DNA of 64,000 bases from Candidatus Latescibacterota bacterium (GCA_965197905.1 CBDAOB010000004.1:704001-768000), one strand, 5' to 3'. Shown: positions 22,307 to 33,560, counted from the first letter of the stretch. Translations and numbers: made by a program. Notes: generated from the letters alone by a model not told the origin.

Positions 22307-23124
22307 GGTGCTAGGTATTTCGAGAACAGCACCACGTCAGCGTTGAGCATCTGCGGATCGTCCTTGGTGAACACGCCGATGCAGACCGCGTCGTGGGCGC
22401 GCATCTGTGAGGTTGTGTAGGCGAAAGCCTGCTCCGGGTCGTTGCGTCCGGCAGCAAAGATTTTGTAGTGGATTACGGGTTTAGAGAGCTGCTTGATGGT
22501 GGATACGCGAGCTTCCCGATCGCTTTCGAGATAGGCCTCGGCTGCCTTTTCGTCATGGTGCGGAGACTGTTTTCGCGGCGAGGGATCGTAATAACAGACC
22601 ATATAGAAATCGAGGGCAAGATTTTTTTCGGCCCAGATAAAGTCTTGCGGCAGATGCCCCGCGATCCCCACCGGCAGCTCGAGGTCCCGCACCGCCGCCG
22701 CGAAAGAAGAGATCTGGTCTTCGGCACCGTTGAGAATACAGTTGTCGACGATACCTCCGTGCATGAAGCAGGCGGCAGCACCGTGGTCGGCAGCTTGGCG
22801 GGCGGAAACGATGCTGTCTTCCTGGGAGTCGGTCTGCGCGATCCAGTTCATGCGGCCGCCCGCCGCCCAGTATTTCGTCAAAACCCGTCGGATATGATCG
22901 TCGCATCTAGCCAGACAGGTCGTGATACCCAACCCCTCGGCCTTCAGCAAGGTTTCGACGATACGCTCGTCGGTGTACCAATCGCGCATCTCCTGAGACC
23001 GCTCGGGGGATTGGTGCGAAAACCCGCTGAACGGATTCCCGCCTAGGATCAAACGGCAGACGTCGATACCCGCAATGGAGATCGTGGGTAATGTGGCTTG
23101 CGCGATCGACGCGCTCGACGACAT
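22303..23124 (-). CDS. Hypothetical protein, aldo/keto-reductase-like fold
   Basis: RLILGGNPFSGFSH and YKIFAAGR; overlaps the next gene by 4 nt. Confidence 0.6.
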   Translation of the reverse strand: MSSSASIAQATLPTISIAGIDVCRLILGGNPFSGFSHQSPERSQEMRDWYTDERIVETLLKAEGLGITTCLARCDDHIRRVLTKYWAAGGRMNWIAQTDSQEDSIVSARQAADHGAAACFMHGGIVDNCILNGAEDQISSFAAAVRDLELPVGIAGHLPQDFIWAEKNLALDFYMVCYYDPSPRKQSPHHDEKAAEAYLESDREARVSTIKQLSKPVIHYKIFAAGRNDPEQAFAYTTSQMRAHDAVCIGVFTKDDPQMLNADVVLFSKYLAP

Positions 23125-23326
23125 TCGACACTCCTAAGAATAGATTCGAATAACGGTTCCGAACCCCAGAATAAACTACACTTGGCCTGTTTGTGCGAAC
23201 CACTCTCCAGGGCCCCATTGAGAGCAAAACCGTAGATATTATGATTAGGCGGTAACATTTCGCCAGTTGAAATTGCGGTAATGGCGGCAACAGTTTCATG
23301 GCGCAGAGAATGGGAGGTTTAGCTAT

Positions 23327-25714
23327 ATGACCAGACAACAGAGTGGCGCCCACGACTTCGTTGGAGACGGTCCGTTGGTTTCGTTTTTCGAGGGCATGGT
23401 GCTCGGCAACGGGGATCTCGGGGCGATCATGTACGGAAACCAGTTCGAACTGAAGTTCAATCTGGGAAAGAACGATGTCTGGGATGCGCGCTTCGACAGC
23501 GATGCCGAGGCGGATATCCTCAAGCACGATGATCTCATAAAACTGATCGAAGAATACGGGGTCCAAGCGTTTCGATCCGGACAAACAGGCAACCTGGGAC
23601 CCGGACAACCCTCCTGGATGCTGAATCCGGTCGGCGAGAAGGCGATCCCCTTGGATGTACGCACGGTGTACGCGACCCCGGCATTCTACGAGAACGGCCG
23701 CTACTCCAGGCCCTGCCCCAAGCGAGTTGGTGAGGTTGTTTTTGTGGGACCAGGTTTGAACACCACGCCCATGAGGAGTTGCCTCTCCATTGAAGAGGGC
23801 GTGATCAGCGTCGAGTTTCGTTACAACGACCAGGCGTCCATTCGCGTGGAGGGTTTTGTCTGGGCCGAGTCGAACATTCTCTGCTTGCGCGTGGAGGTGA
23901 AGGGCGATCTGCAGTGGGGTGGATGGGCGAAGCTCATCATGCGCAAATGGCCCGACGCGGTGGACGCCTCGATTCCAGATCCGGTGCTGGAGACGCCGTT
24001 GGAGCGAGTCGTCACCCTCACCCAGGAGATCCCCGGGGACGATGCCATCGAGCCGTTTTCCTGGACGCTGGCGGCCGTCGCGCCGGGCGGCCGCCTGGAT
24101 CAGCGTTACGAATCGATCATCTCACTACCCAAGGAGGGCGCCGTCGCCGACCATTTCTTTGCGGTGGCCACGTCTCGCGATTCGCACGATTCGAAGAGAG
24201 CTATTGAACTGGCGATCCAGGCCCATACCCAGGGGTACGACCTGTTGCGGGCATCCCAAAAAGATTGGTGGTCTTCCTTCTGGCAACGTTCCTCGGTGGA
24301 ACTGGAGGACAAGGAGCTGGAGTCGGCCTGGTATCGCGATCTGTATCTGCTGGCCTGCAATCTGAAGGAAGGCAAACAGGCGCCCGGGCTCTTCGGCAAC
24401 ATGACGACCTGGGACGCGAGCATGTGGCACAGCGACTACCACATGGACAAGAACTTCCAGAAGAACTTCTACCCGGTTCTGGTCACAAATCACTGCGAGA
24501 TGTCCGAACCGTACTTCTCGGCGATCGGAGACCACTTGCCCTCCGCCCAATGGCGCGCCGAAAAAGATTACGGCATCGAGGGAGCACACTTCGACGTTTC
24601 CGTGCTGCCGTTCCTGCCTCCGGAAAAGATGTATGTCAACAATACCAACGGACGCCAGCTAGGTCTCTCAGGATGGACCCTGGGACAGTACTGGCAATAC
24701 TACCTCTACACCAAAGACGCCGTATGGCTCGGCCAAACCGGCTATCCGGTCATCAAGAAGGTAGCGCAGTTTTATTGGAACTACCTGGAAAAGTTTCAGG
24801 AGCGCTGCGGGGGCGACATATATCCCAGCGCGTGCCTAGAAAGCCTGCCGTCCTACCGCAACGTCTTCCAGGATCTGCTGTTCTTCAAATACGCCTTCCG
24901 CGCCGCCCTGCGTAGCGCCGAGATACTCGGGATCGACGAAGATTGGCAGAGCCGGTGGCGGGAGGGACTCGACCGCGTGCCAGCCTATAACATCGTGGAG
25001 TACGACGGCAAGAAGCGGTTGGCGGAACACAAGGAGATCGAGGGCGCCGAGCTCTACTCTGCAAACAGCTTCTTCTACGCCGGGTACATAGCCGGCCCGT
25101 TGATTTTTCCAGGTGAAGATGTGGACCCTGAATCGGATTCGGAGCTGGCTCAGGTTATTCGAGAAAGCATGGAGGAGTTTCGCACCGAGGACGCGTTCTC
25201 CCATAACTTCCTCGCGTTCAGCCTTGACGTACCGGCTGCCCGCTTAAAGATGGAGAAGGCGTACCACATGGTGCGCCATTCCGCTCTCGCCTGCCGATAT
25301 CCGTCCGGGAATCCGTCCATGTTCAACATCGGGGAGACCGACATCAACGGTTTGCAGATGTACCCCTATAGCGTCCAGGTAGAGGACTACACCATGCCGT
25401 TTGTCATCTCGGAGTTACTGTTCCAGAGCTATGGGGGCGTCCTGCGCCTCTTTCCCGCATGGCCACGGGAAAAAGCCGCTCGCTTCGAATCGTTGCGCGG
25501 TGAGGGCGGGTTCCTGGTAAGCTCCAGCTGGGAAGCAGGGAAGATCGGCGCCACAAAAGTTCGCAGTACCGTGGGCGGCCAGTGCAATCTACAGTGGACG
25601 GGGGTACCGATCGAGATCGCCGACCTGGACGACGCGTCGTCGGTGTCCCCGTCGCGAGAAGGAAACGTGGTCAGTTTCGCTACCGTCGCCGGTCACACCT
25701 ATTCAATCGGCTAG
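23327..25714 (+). CDS. Glycoside hydrolase, GH95-like
   Basis: LGNGDLGA, WxxFWxRS, WHSDYH..NFQ, LRLFPAWP and LRGEGGFLVSS. Confidence 0.75.
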   Translation: MTRQQSGAHDFVGDGPLVSFFEGMVLGNGDLGAIMYGNQFELKFNLGKNDVWDARFDSDAEADILKHDDLIKLIEEYGVQAFRSGQTGNLGPGQPSWMLNPVGEKAIPLDVRTVYATPAFYENGRYSRPCPKRVGEVVFVGPGLNTTPMRSCLSIEEGVISVEFRYNDQASIRVEGFVWAESNILCLRVEVKGDLQWGGWAKLIMRKWPDAVDASIPDPVLETPLERVVTLTQEIPGDDAIEPFSWTLAAVAPGGRLDQRYESIISLPKEGAVADHFFAVATSRDSHDSKRAIELAIQAHTQGYDLLRASQKDWWSSFWQRSSVELEDKELESAWYRDLYLLACNLKEGKQAPGLFGNMTTWDASMWHSDYHMDKNFQKNFYPVLVTNHCEMSEPYFSAIGDHLPSAQWRAEKDYGIEGAHFDVSVLPFLPPEKMYVNNTNGRQLGLSGWTLGQYWQYYLYTKDAVWLGQTGYPVIKKVAQFYWNYLEKFQERCGGDIYPSACLESLPSYRNVFQDLLFFKYAFRAALRSAEILGIDEDWQSRWREGLDRVPAYNIVEYDGKKRLAEHKEIEGAELYSANSFFYAGYIAGPLIFPGEDVDPESDSELAQVIRESMEEFRTEDAFSHNFLAFSLDVPAARLKMEKAYHMVRHSALACRYPSGNPSMFNIGETDINGLQMYPYSVQVEDYTMPFVISELLFQSYGGVLRLFPAWPREKAARFESLRGEGGFLVSSSWEAGKIGATKVRSTVGGQCNLQWTGVPIEIADLDDASSVSPSREGNVVSFATVAGHTYSIG

Positions 25715-25823
25715 TACCGATTCAATAGTCAGTACCTGAATTGTGGCTCGAGCCGCGACTGGGTTGGCGCGAACCGCGGCGACAGCATCTTGCGCATCAT
25801 TTCGTGGGCACCGAAACGCCGTT

Positions 25824-27257
25824 TCAGATCGCTGGATCGGTAAGCCAGCCGCACTCCATGCCCATGATCTCGGCGCTCTTTTCCAGCTCAGCGTCGATGC
25901 GGGCATGGATCAGACCGAAGTGATGGCAGACGCCCATATCGGAAATCCTGCGGAAGTAGCTGTTCAACGGGATGTTGGGCTGGAAGACGGTATGCTCGTA
26001 ATGCACATCCAGTGGGTCGATGTCGACCGACTCGCCGCATGCCAACCGCATCTCGTACGCGTGCGGGCCGCGAAAGAAAGTAAGCAGGGTGCAGACTCCC
26101 GGCGCGGTTATGAACTCCGGCACGACACCGAAATGGGGCGCATCTGGAATGCCGTCCCAGTTGATGTACTGGTTGTTGCGCAGCTTGGGCTTGGTTCCCG
26201 ACTTGGCCATGTTAAACCCGGCTGAACCCCCTTCGTGTCCGCCGAGGACCCAGTTCTTCTCTTCGTCGAACGCCAGGTGCTCCCAGAAGTGTACCGGCTT
26301 TTCTTCGATATCCCGCATCAGCAAACCACCGACACTCACCGCCAGGTCTCCTTCGCTGCTGACGACGACCCCCTTGTCTATAAGGCGCGACATACCGACG
26401 CAAGGCATAGCCCCGGACAACGGTATCATTCCTCCTGAAAAGTCGATCGCCAGCGCATCGATCTCCTTTTCTGCCACCAGCCGCTCAAGGGCGAGCGCCA
26501 GGCGAGCACTCAACTCGACCTCCTCCCTTGGGGGTTCCACCACCTCGCAGTCGTTGAACAACTGGCGGACGAGCTCCTCACAGTCGTTGTCGCTGACGCT
26601 CTCCATCTCGCGTACCAGCTGGATGATGTAGAGGAAATCGATCTCGATCCCGGTCTGACCCATCATCTTGGCTTCATCCGGATACGTATCGTACATAGGT
26701 ACGCCGATGCAGCGGTGCGGCAGCACACCCACCCGTTTCCCCTTCAGATTCTTCACTGCGCGCGCCGCCCGTGCGTATTGGCGAATCTGATTTAATGGAG
26801 CGGAGTCGCCTATCCCTCCAAAAACAAATCCGAACTTCCAGTCCGGCTTGACCCGTTTTAGCGATCCTGAAATCTGAACCGCGCTGTTGTTGCCCCAGGA
26901 GCGGCCGGCGTCCACCAGGTTTTCGATATCGAGGAAGCTGCGGAACCCCTGGGAGTGAAACAGTACGGAAAAGATATCGCCGATCTCCTCCATCATGGCG
27001 ATGGTCATGGCATCATCCACATAGGTGGCATGGTACATCAACACCATGTCAACGTTTTCTCGTCGGAAGATCTGGCCGACGCTGCGGGACGCCTCGACAT
27101 TGCCGACGAGATCGAGGTACACCACATCGAACTCGTCGCCCAGATCCGCTGCGAGTTTTTTCGCATCGGCGTCGAGAACACTGGGAAGTTCCTGCATCCC
27201 AGCTTCTGTCCAGTACTGCTCGATGCCACCGGCGAAGAGCCCGATTTTGGGTTTCAC
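25824..27257 (-). CDS. L-arabinose/L-fucose isomerase family protein
   Basis: EGD motif, conserved His (LGGHEG) and C-terminal HHF; GTG start at 27257. Confidence 0.72.
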   Translation of the reverse strand: MKPKIGLFAGGIEQYWTEAGMQELPSVLDADAKKLAADLGDEFDVVYLDLVGNVEASRSVGQIFRRENVDMVLMYHATYVDDAMTIAMMEEIGDIFSVLFHSQGFRSFLDIENLVDAGRSWGNNSAVQISGSLKRVKPDWKFGFVFGGIGDSAPLNQIRQYARAARAVKNLKGKRVGVLPHRCIGVPMYDTYPDEAKMMGQTGIEIDFLYIIQLVREMESVSDNDCEELVRQLFNDCEVVEPPREEVELSARLALALERLVAEKEIDALAIDFSGGMIPLSGAMPCVGMSRLIDKGVVVSSEGDLAVSVGGLLMRDIEEKPVHFWEHLAFDEEKNWVLGGHEGGSAGFNMAKSGTKPKLRNNQYINWDGIPDAPHFGVVPEFITAPGVCTLLTFFRGPHAYEMRLACGESVDIDPLDVHYEHTVFQPNIPLNSYFRRISDMGVCHHFGLIHARIDAELEKSAEIMGMECGWLTDPAI

Positions 27258-27288
27258 GGCAGATCTCCAGACTCGGGATATATCATTG

Positions 27289-28260
27289 CTAACCACCCGG
27301 TGTGAAGCGCTCGACCGAGTTCTCGACCGGTGCAACGGTATGCAGGTAGGCGTAGATCGCCTGGAGGTCCCGGTCGCGCATCCCTGCCAACATCGTCCAC
27401 GGCATAACCGTTTGGAACCCTACCTCGGATACGGGGATATGTTGGCCGCTGGAATCGGCATAGCTCTTGAAACGCTCGACAAACGCCTTCTTGGTCCAGG
27501 ATCCGATCCCGGTCTTCTTGTCAGGCGTAATGTTGGAGGAACGCACGACCCCCATGCCGGGCAGCACGAACTCGTGGCCGCCGGCCAGGTTCTTTCCCGC
27601 AACCGGAACACCCTGTTCCATCGGCGTGTGGCAGAACAAACAACCGGCAATGCGCGCAAGGTATTTGCCGCTTGCCGCCTTGTCCTTCGGGTTGGGAAGT
27701 CGCTGAGGTTCGGCATCCCGCGGCAAGGTACGAAAGATCAGATTCAACGGAAAGTCGATGGTCGTTTCGGGGACCTCGTTGGCAATCGGCTTCAACCCGC
27801 GCGTGTAGAACACGATGGCCATTGCGTCTTCCTTATCGAGATAGCGGTATTCGCTATATGGCATCATCGGCGCCAGCGGTTCGCCCTCCTTGTCTACTCC
27901 GACGGTAATAGCGCGCAGAACGTGCTCATCCCGCCACCCGCTCAACCCCCATCTTGTGATGTTGGAAGCGTAGACCTCGCCGGGCACACCGGGAATCTGC
28001 TGCCCGCCCTTGCCTTCGGTTCCCTTTACGATGGGACCACTGAAATACTCCTGCTGCTTGTCCGCATGGCAATCCATGCACAAGGTGACATGATTAACTA
28101 AATACTTGCCGCGCTCGTACATCTCCGTCCCACCGGCCAGTGACAGTTTCTTCGCGGACGACACGCGGGGGTGTAGACCGTAGAAATAGACCAGGCCTCC
28201 GCCTACGATCAGGATCAGCAGACCGGCTATGCCCTTCAAAACGAGGTATCGTTTGTTCAT
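27289..28260 (-). CDS. Membrane-anchored dihaem c-type cytochrome
   Basis: Two CxxCH (CMDCH, CLFCH) each preceded by GKYL, with NIT and MP motifs. Confidence 0.88.
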   Translation of the reverse strand: MNKRYLVLKGIAGLLILIVGGGLVYFYGLHPRVSSAKKLSLAGGTEMYERGKYLVNHVTLCMDCHADKQQEYFSGPIVKGTEGKGGQQIPGVPGEVYASNITRWGLSGWRDEHVLRAITVGVDKEGEPLAPMMPYSEYRYLDKEDAMAIVFYTRGLKPIANEVPETTIDFPLNLIFRTLPRDAEPQRLPNPKDKAASGKYLARIAGCLFCHTPMEQGVPVAGKNLAGGHEFVLPGMGVVRSSNITPDKKTGIGSWTKKAFVERFKSYADSSGQHIPVSEVGFQTVMPWTMLAGMRDRDLQAIYAYLHTVAPVENSVERFTPGG

Positions 28261-28324
28261 TTTCTATTTCCCTGCTAGTGACGGCTACCGCGCGCCGCGA
28301 ATGGACAGACCTCCAATCTCGACT

Positions 28325-29092
28325 TCAATCCTTTTCGGGTTTGAACGCCGGCTCTCTCTTGTCGATGAAGTCCTGGAGATTCTGCTGGTATACTTCCGAA
28401 GACTCGTAGCGTGCGGCGATCTTTTTCGATTGTGCGAGCGCTTCGTTCAACGGCAGTTGGCGACCCGCCTCGATCGATTCTTTGAGCGTGCGGATGGAGT
28501 CCGGTGAGCTTTCGCACAGAACCTCGGCCACCCTGGTTGCCTCTGACAACAGCAACTCCGGCGGCACCACCTTCAGACAGAGTCCAAGGCGATACGCCTC
28601 GTACGCTTCAATGAACTCGCCAGAGAAAAGATACCACTGTGCCAACCCGGGGATGAGCCGCGGCAGACGCTGGGGACCTCCTATAGAAATGATGCCGATC
28701 TTCGCCTGTGGATATCCGAGCTTGGCATTCTCCGACAGAACCACCATATCGCAAGCCAGCGCCTGGCTGCATCCACCTCCCAGAGCATAGCCGCCAACAG
28801 CGGCAATGGTCGGCTTGAGCAGCTTCACGTCGCCGTAATGTATGGCAGGGGGTTCCGAGGCAAGAGACTCGGTCGCTTTGAGATTGTGCCCGCCGCAAAA
28901 ATTTTTGCCCTCGCCGTAGAGAATGGCAGCCCGAAGATTGTCGTCCTCGTTGTAGTCCATCCAGACGGTGTGGAGCTCGTTCAGTGTGGTGTTGGTATAG
29001 GTATTCAGGGGGTCGCCGGTATCAAGACTCACGTAGGCGATCATACCCTTCTTTTCATATCTGATCTGGGTCAGATTGAGATCTTTGGCCAT
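28325..29092 (-). CDS. Enoyl-CoA hydratase/isomerase family protein
   Basis: FCGG..L and KPTIAAVGGYALGGG. Confidence 0.88.
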   Translation of the reverse strand: MAKDLNLTQIRYEKKGMIAYVSLDTGDPLNTYTNTTLNELHTVWMDYNEDDNLRAAILYGEGKNFCGGHNLKATESLASEPPAIHYGDVKLLKPTIAAVGGYALGGGCSQALACDMVVLSENAKLGYPQAKIGIISIGGPQRLPRLIPGLAQWYLFSGEFIEAYEAYRLGLCLKVVPPELLLSEATRVAEVLCESSPDSIRTLKESIEAGRQLPLNEALAQSKKIAARYESSEVYQQNLQDFIDKREPAFKPEKD

Positions 29093-29257
29093 CTATTGCC
29101 TTCTGCCGGTCGGAGGGGGTTGATGGCAACGCAACTCCTGAACCGGCAACGGATTGGGAGATGAATTCAGTTTTTCGTGAATTCCCCGCTGCCTGGATGG
29201 CTGCGGGGAGCAGAAGATACTGAGCGCTGGAGAAACCCTCAATAGGTGGGTTGGGGG

Positions 29258-29503
29258 TCAGGAAATTGAACCGGTCGCCGGAGGCGCGATTTCAAGCCCG
29301 ATTACTCGCCCTTGCTGATCGAGCTCCAGCCGGACCGATTCGAAGGTAATCTTCACCGATCCCCGTCTTTTTTGTAGATAGACGGTGTAAGGGGAACCTG
29401 GCAGGATGTCGGCAAACTTGGCAAAAGGCAGCCACCCGGACATCTGATTCATCAGAACCTCTTTATTTTCAAATACAAAGTCGCCCCACTCCGCGGCTTC
29501 CAT
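29258..29503 (-). CDS. Small hypothetical protein
   Basis: 81-aa ORF with GGAGG upstream, divergent from the sigma factor gene. Confidence 0.45.
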   Translation of the reverse strand: MEAAEWGDFVFENKEVLMNQMSGWLPFAKFADILPGSPYTVYLQKRRGSVKITFESVRLELDQQGRVIGLEIAPPATGSIS

Positions 29504-29648
29504 GCATCCTCCCTGCAGTGCCGGTGTGCTGCCCGTTATGAAAGTGGGTGAAACAAACTTTTACTAACGTGATCCGAATCACAGTAGTTTTCAGTTTGTT
29601 ACCGATATTTAGGACGCACCCTATTGTCAACCGAGGGGATGGTATGCC

Positions 29649-30500
29649 ATGAATTCGCCAAAGCACGAAGCGAGCATCGAGCAGTATTTCAAGGATATCG
29701 AAGATTCGTCGGGACTTTCGCAGCAGGTGGAGAAGGAACTGTCCCAGCGAATCCGCTCGGGCGACGAAGGCGCGCTCTCCACGCTGATCGAGGCGAATCT
29801 GCGCTTCGTGGTTTCGGTAGCCAGACAGTTTCAGGGCAAAGGATTGCCCCTTTCCGACCTGATCGGGGCCGGTAATCTAGGCTTGATCATCGCCGCCACC
29901 CGTTTCGACGGCGAGCGCGGCTTCAAGTTTATCTCTTACGCCGTCTGGTGGATTCGGCAGTCGATCATGCAGTCGTTGAAAGACCAGTCGAGTCTGGTGC
30001 GGCTGCCGTTCAATCAGATCAACGAGATCGGCCGCGTTAACGGCGCCATTAGGAACCTGGAACAGCTCCTGCATCGGCGCCCTTCGCTGGTGGAAATCGC
30101 TGAAGAGCTGGGCATCGAAAGGAAGCAGGTCGAGCGACTGCTCCAGATCATGCAGACCCCGGTCTCGTTGGAGACGCCGGATGTCAACGATACGCCAGAC
30201 TATCGCCTGGAGAAGCTGATCCAAGAGGATCCGACGGTAGACCTAGAAGAGGAACAGGTTCAGAAGGAGCTAAAACGGGAACTGTCCAATGCGCTGAATT
30301 CCCTCACGAATATGGAAAACAGTGTCGTGTGTATGTACTACGGCCTCGATCGGATCAAGGCCATGACCTTGGAAGAGATCGGCGAGCACTTCGGCAAGTC
30401 GCGGGAGCGGATCCGCCAGATAAAGGAACGTGCGCTATGCCGTCTCAAACATCCGGCGCGAAGCGAGGTTCTCAGAGAGTTTGCTTTGGTGGGAGAGTGA
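29649..30500 (+). CDS. RNA polymerase sigma-70 factor, short RpoD/SigA type (regions 1.2-4)
   Basis: ANLRFVVSVA, GFKFISYAVWWIRQ and TLEEIG...SRERIRQI. Confidence 0.93.
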   Translation: MNSPKHEASIEQYFKDIEDSSGLSQQVEKELSQRIRSGDEGALSTLIEANLRFVVSVARQFQGKGLPLSDLIGAGNLGLIIAATRFDGERGFKFISYAVWWIRQSIMQSLKDQSSLVRLPFNQINEIGRVNGAIRNLEQLLHRRPSLVEIAEELGIERKQVERLLQIMQTPVSLETPDVNDTPDYRLEKLIQEDPTVDLEEEQVQKELKRELSNALNSLTNMENSVVCMYYGLDRIKAMTLEEIGEHFGKSRERIRQIKERALCRLKHPARSEVLREFALVGE

Positions 30501-30510
30501 CTCTGCTACA

Positions 30511-30975
30511 TCAGTCGAACAATCCGACACAACATTTCTTGTATTTCTTGCCACTGCCGCACGGACACGGATCGTTTCTGCCAACCGGAGAAAAGCGTTT
30601 CCTAACGGTTTCGCCGCGCACCGAGCCGTCCGCTCTGAACCCTTCCTGAAATTCGACCTCACTTTCGTCGAGAGCACTCGACCAGTCGCCGGCTCCGGGC
30701 ATCTTGCCGCTGGTGTCCAGATACGTGAAGAAGGCGCGTAGGAGATCGGGGATCGAGCGCCGTACCTCCAGCGGAAGATCGAGGCGGGCGACGGCGCGCA
30801 GGGACTCGCGCATATCCTCCGCCACCGATTCCTCGATCTGTTCGCCCCAGAATGACAGCAGAGATTCAGCGTGGGGCTTCAACGCATCGTCGACGAAGCG
30901 GAAATGCTCCGAGGTGCAGTACTCCTGTACCGCTTGGCTAATACCGTTCAAAGTTTCCCGCTCGGAACGGGGCAC
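30511..30975 (-). CDS. SEC-C motif protein
   Basis: C-terminal [18 protein letters not shown]. Confidence 0.85.
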   Translation of the reverse strand: MPRSERETLNGISQAVQEYCTSEHFRFVDDALKPHAESLLSFWGEQIEESVAEDMRESLRAVARLDLPLEVRRSIPDLLRAFFTYLDTSGKMPGAGDWSSALDESEVEFQEGFRADGSVRGETVRKRFSPVGRNDPCPCGSGKKYKKCCVGLFD

Positions 30976-30977
30976 GA

Positions 30978-31529
30978 TCAGTCGACGATCTTGGTGGCGC
31001 GCAGGATATCCTCGTCGGTAAAAACATCTGCCTCGTCCGTGCTGCTGGTGGAGAACTCCGATACCACCGCCCCTTCATCGCCCGATTGGAACCAATGCCA
31101 CGTATCGGGAGAAAGGGTGTACTGATCGCCCGGCTTTAACACGATCTCGTGAAAGATGTTATAGGTGTGTTCGCGGCCGGCGGGCGGTTTGGCCTGCGGG
31201 TCTGCAGCGGGATCGCCTGGAACGTAGAGATAAACGGTGCCCCAGCGGCAGCGAAACGTCTCCTCTTTCCCGGGTTTGCCGGCGATGGTGGGGTGCAGGT
31301 GTTGCGGGCAGGTCTGACGTGGCCACATTGCCAGCTCCTTCGCGCAGCAGCGCTCTGTATTGACGTAGATAAGAACCCCGAGTCCGGTCTGTTCGAACTG
31401 ATTCAGATTGAAATCGGCGATCTCGATCTGCGACCTCTCAGGTGACTGAACAAAGATACCGGCGTTTAGGAACATCTCCGCCGCCTTTCCCTGGTAGGCA
31501 TGCACCTGGTCTTTGGTCAGCATGTTCAT
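30978..31529 (-). CDS. D-lyxose/D-mannose family cupin sugar isomerase
   Basis: [29 protein letters not shown] and SEFST. Confidence 0.88.
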   Translation of the reverse strand: MNMLTKDQVHAYQGKAAEMFLNAGIFVQSPERSQIEIADFNLNQFEQTGLGVLIYVNTERCCAKELAMWPRQTCPQHLHPTIAGKPGKEETFRCRWGTVYLYVPGDPAADPQAKPPAGREHTYNIFHEIVLKPGDQYTLSPDTWHWFQSGDEGAVVSEFSTSSTDEADVFTDEDILRATKIVD

Positions 31530-31542
31530 CCACTCCTTTCTC

Positions 31543-32562
31543 CTAATCGTAATTCACGAGTTGGCGCACGGCATTGACGATTCGCTCGGTGTCCGGCCGG
31601 TATGCGTTCTCGAGGACCGGCGCAAACGGCACCGGCACATCTGGAGAAGCGACCCTAGTGATCGGTGCCATGAGACTCTCGCCGCATTCCTCCATGAGGC
31701 CGGCGGCCAGTTCGGCGCTGACACCACCGGTCTTCGGCCCTTCTTCCACGATTACCACATGCCCGGTCTTGCGCACCGATTCACCTATGGTGTCGTAGTC
31801 GAACGGCGACAGGGAGCGGACGTCGATCACTTCGGCTTCGATGCCTTCGGCGGCGAGAATATCGGCGGCGGCGGCGGCGAAATGGGCCATCAGCAACCAG
31901 GCGAGAATGGTCACCTGGCCCCCTTCTCGCCGCACCGCCGCCTCGTGCAGTGGCACCACATAGTCCTCTTCGGGCACTTCGCTGCTTCCGTCGACGGTTC
32001 CGGATTCGGCGCGCGCACCCTTGGAACCGTAGAGCAACTTGTGTTCGAACATCAATACCGGGTTGTCGTCGCGAACGGCGGCCTTGAGTATCCCCTTGGC
32101 GTCGTAGGCGTTCGACACCGAAACGACCTTAATGCCGGGCACTCCAATGAAATAGCGCTCGAGGTTTTGGGCGTGCTGTGAACCGCGGCCGGTCGCCCCG
32201 ACCGGTGCACGCATGACCATGGGAACCTTGATGGTACCCCCGGACATGTAGCGCATCTTCGCCGCGTTGTTGACGATCTGGTCCATCGGCAAGAATAGAA
32301 AATCGCCGTACTGGACGTCGGCGATGGGCCGCATGCCCATCATTGCCGCGCCGATGGCGACGCCGGTAAACCCCAGCTCGGCGATGGGGGTATTCAACAT
32401 GCGATCGGGAAACCTCTGTTCCAGGTCGAGGGTTGCGGTGAATGCTCCTCCAAATCCACCGGGAATCCCGATATCCTCTCCGATGCAGAATACGGTCTCA
32501 TCGCGCTCCATCTCCTCGGCCATCGCCTCGCGCAGCGCTTCGGCAATACTCAGATTCCTCAT
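31543..32562 (-). CDS. 2-oxoacid/acetoin dehydrogenase E1 beta subunit
   Basis: GEDI, TPIAE, QHAQ, FEHK and IDVRSLSPFD. Confidence 0.92.
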   Translation of the reverse strand: MRNLSIAEALREAMAEEMERDETVFCIGEDIGIPGGFGGAFTATLDLEQRFPDRMLNTPIAELGFTGVAIGAAMMGMRPIADVQYGDFLFLPMDQIVNNAAKMRYMSGGTIKVPMVMRAPVGATGRGSQHAQNLERYFIGVPGIKVVSVSNAYDAKGILKAAVRDDNPVLMFEHKLLYGSKGARAESGTVDGSSEVPEEDYVVPLHEAAVRREGGQVTILAWLLMAHFAAAAADILAAEGIEAEVIDVRSLSPFDYDTIGESVRKTGHVVIVEEGPKTGGVSAELAAGLMEECGESLMAPITRVASPDVPVPFAPVLENAYRPDTERIVNAVRQLVNYD

Positions 32563-33560
32563 CAGGCAAGCACCTCGGTCAGCAACTCCTCGACCGCGGG
32601 TGGCGGTTCTTGTTGAGCCGCTTCCGCTGCCTGGTTGAACCGCTCCTCCGCCCGCGACTTTACCAGATCCAGGTCCGCTTCAGTCAGATCCCCGCGGTCG
32701 ATCAGCACCTTGCCCAACCGGTCGATCGGATCGCGAGAGAACCACGTCTCCTTCTCGTCGGTCGCCTGGTAATTGCCTGGATCGCGGCGTGAGTGGCCGG
32801 TGCGGCGATAGGTCAGGAGCTCGAGAAGCACCGGTCCGTCGCCCCTCCGGCATTCCTCCGCCGCCCGGCTGGCCGCTTCGTAGACCGACAGAACATTGTT
32901 ACCATCCACTGTCTGGCCCCTAATTCCGTAGGCGACGGCACGTTCTGATAGCCGCTCAACCCGCGTGATCTTGTCCACCCTGGTGGATGCGCCGTAGAGA
33001 TTGTTCTCGCACACGAATATGGCGGGCACATCCCAGATGGCAGCCATGGTCAGTCCTTCGTGAAACGCCCCCTCCGAAGTGGCGCCGTCGCCGAAGAAGC
33101 AGGCGACAATCTCCGTCTTCTTCTGCATCTTGAAGGCCAACGCCATACCGGCCGCCATGGGTATCCCGCCTGCGACGATCGCGATGCCCGGTATCATGCC
33201 TCTCTCGATGTTGCCCATGTGCATCGAGCCACCCTTCCCTTTACAGCAACCCGTCCCGGCGCCGTACAACTCGAAAAGCATCTCCTCCGCCGTCAAACCC
33301 TTGGCGAGAGCGTGACCGTGACCACGAAAGGTAGAGGTAATCTGATCGCCATCCCTCAGCGCGGCGCACACCCCCACTGCGGTAGCCTCTTGCCCCTGGC
33401 ACTGGTGAATCGTTCCGGGCATCGAGCCTTCGAGGAAAAGGAACTTCACCCCCTCTTCGAACTCTCGTATGAACACCATACGTTCATATAGATCGAGGAG
33501 AAACTCGCGGTCGTACGGTTTTGCTTGTTCGACCGTGAGTTCCGTTACCAGTTCACTCAT
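32562..33560 (-). CDS. TPP-dependent dehydrogenase E1 alpha subunit
   Basis: GQEA, GKGGSMH, GDGA...NN and TYR..GHS. Confidence 0.92.
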   Translation of the reverse strand: MSELVTELTVEQAKPYDREFLLDLYERMVFIREFEEGVKFLFLEGSMPGTIHQCQGQEATAVGVCAALRDGDQITSTFRGHGHALAKGLTAEEMLFELYGAGTGCCKGKGGSMHMGNIERGMIPGIAIVAGGIPMAAGMALAFKMQKKTEIVACFFGDGATSEGAFHEGLTMAAIWDVPAIFVCENNLYGASTRVDKITRVERLSERAVAYGIRGQTVDGNNVLSVYEAASRAAEECRRGDGPVLLELLTYRRTGHSRRDPGNYQATDEKETWFSRDPIDRLGKVLIDRGDLTEADLDLVKSRAEERFNQAAEAAQQEPPPAVEELLTEVLA

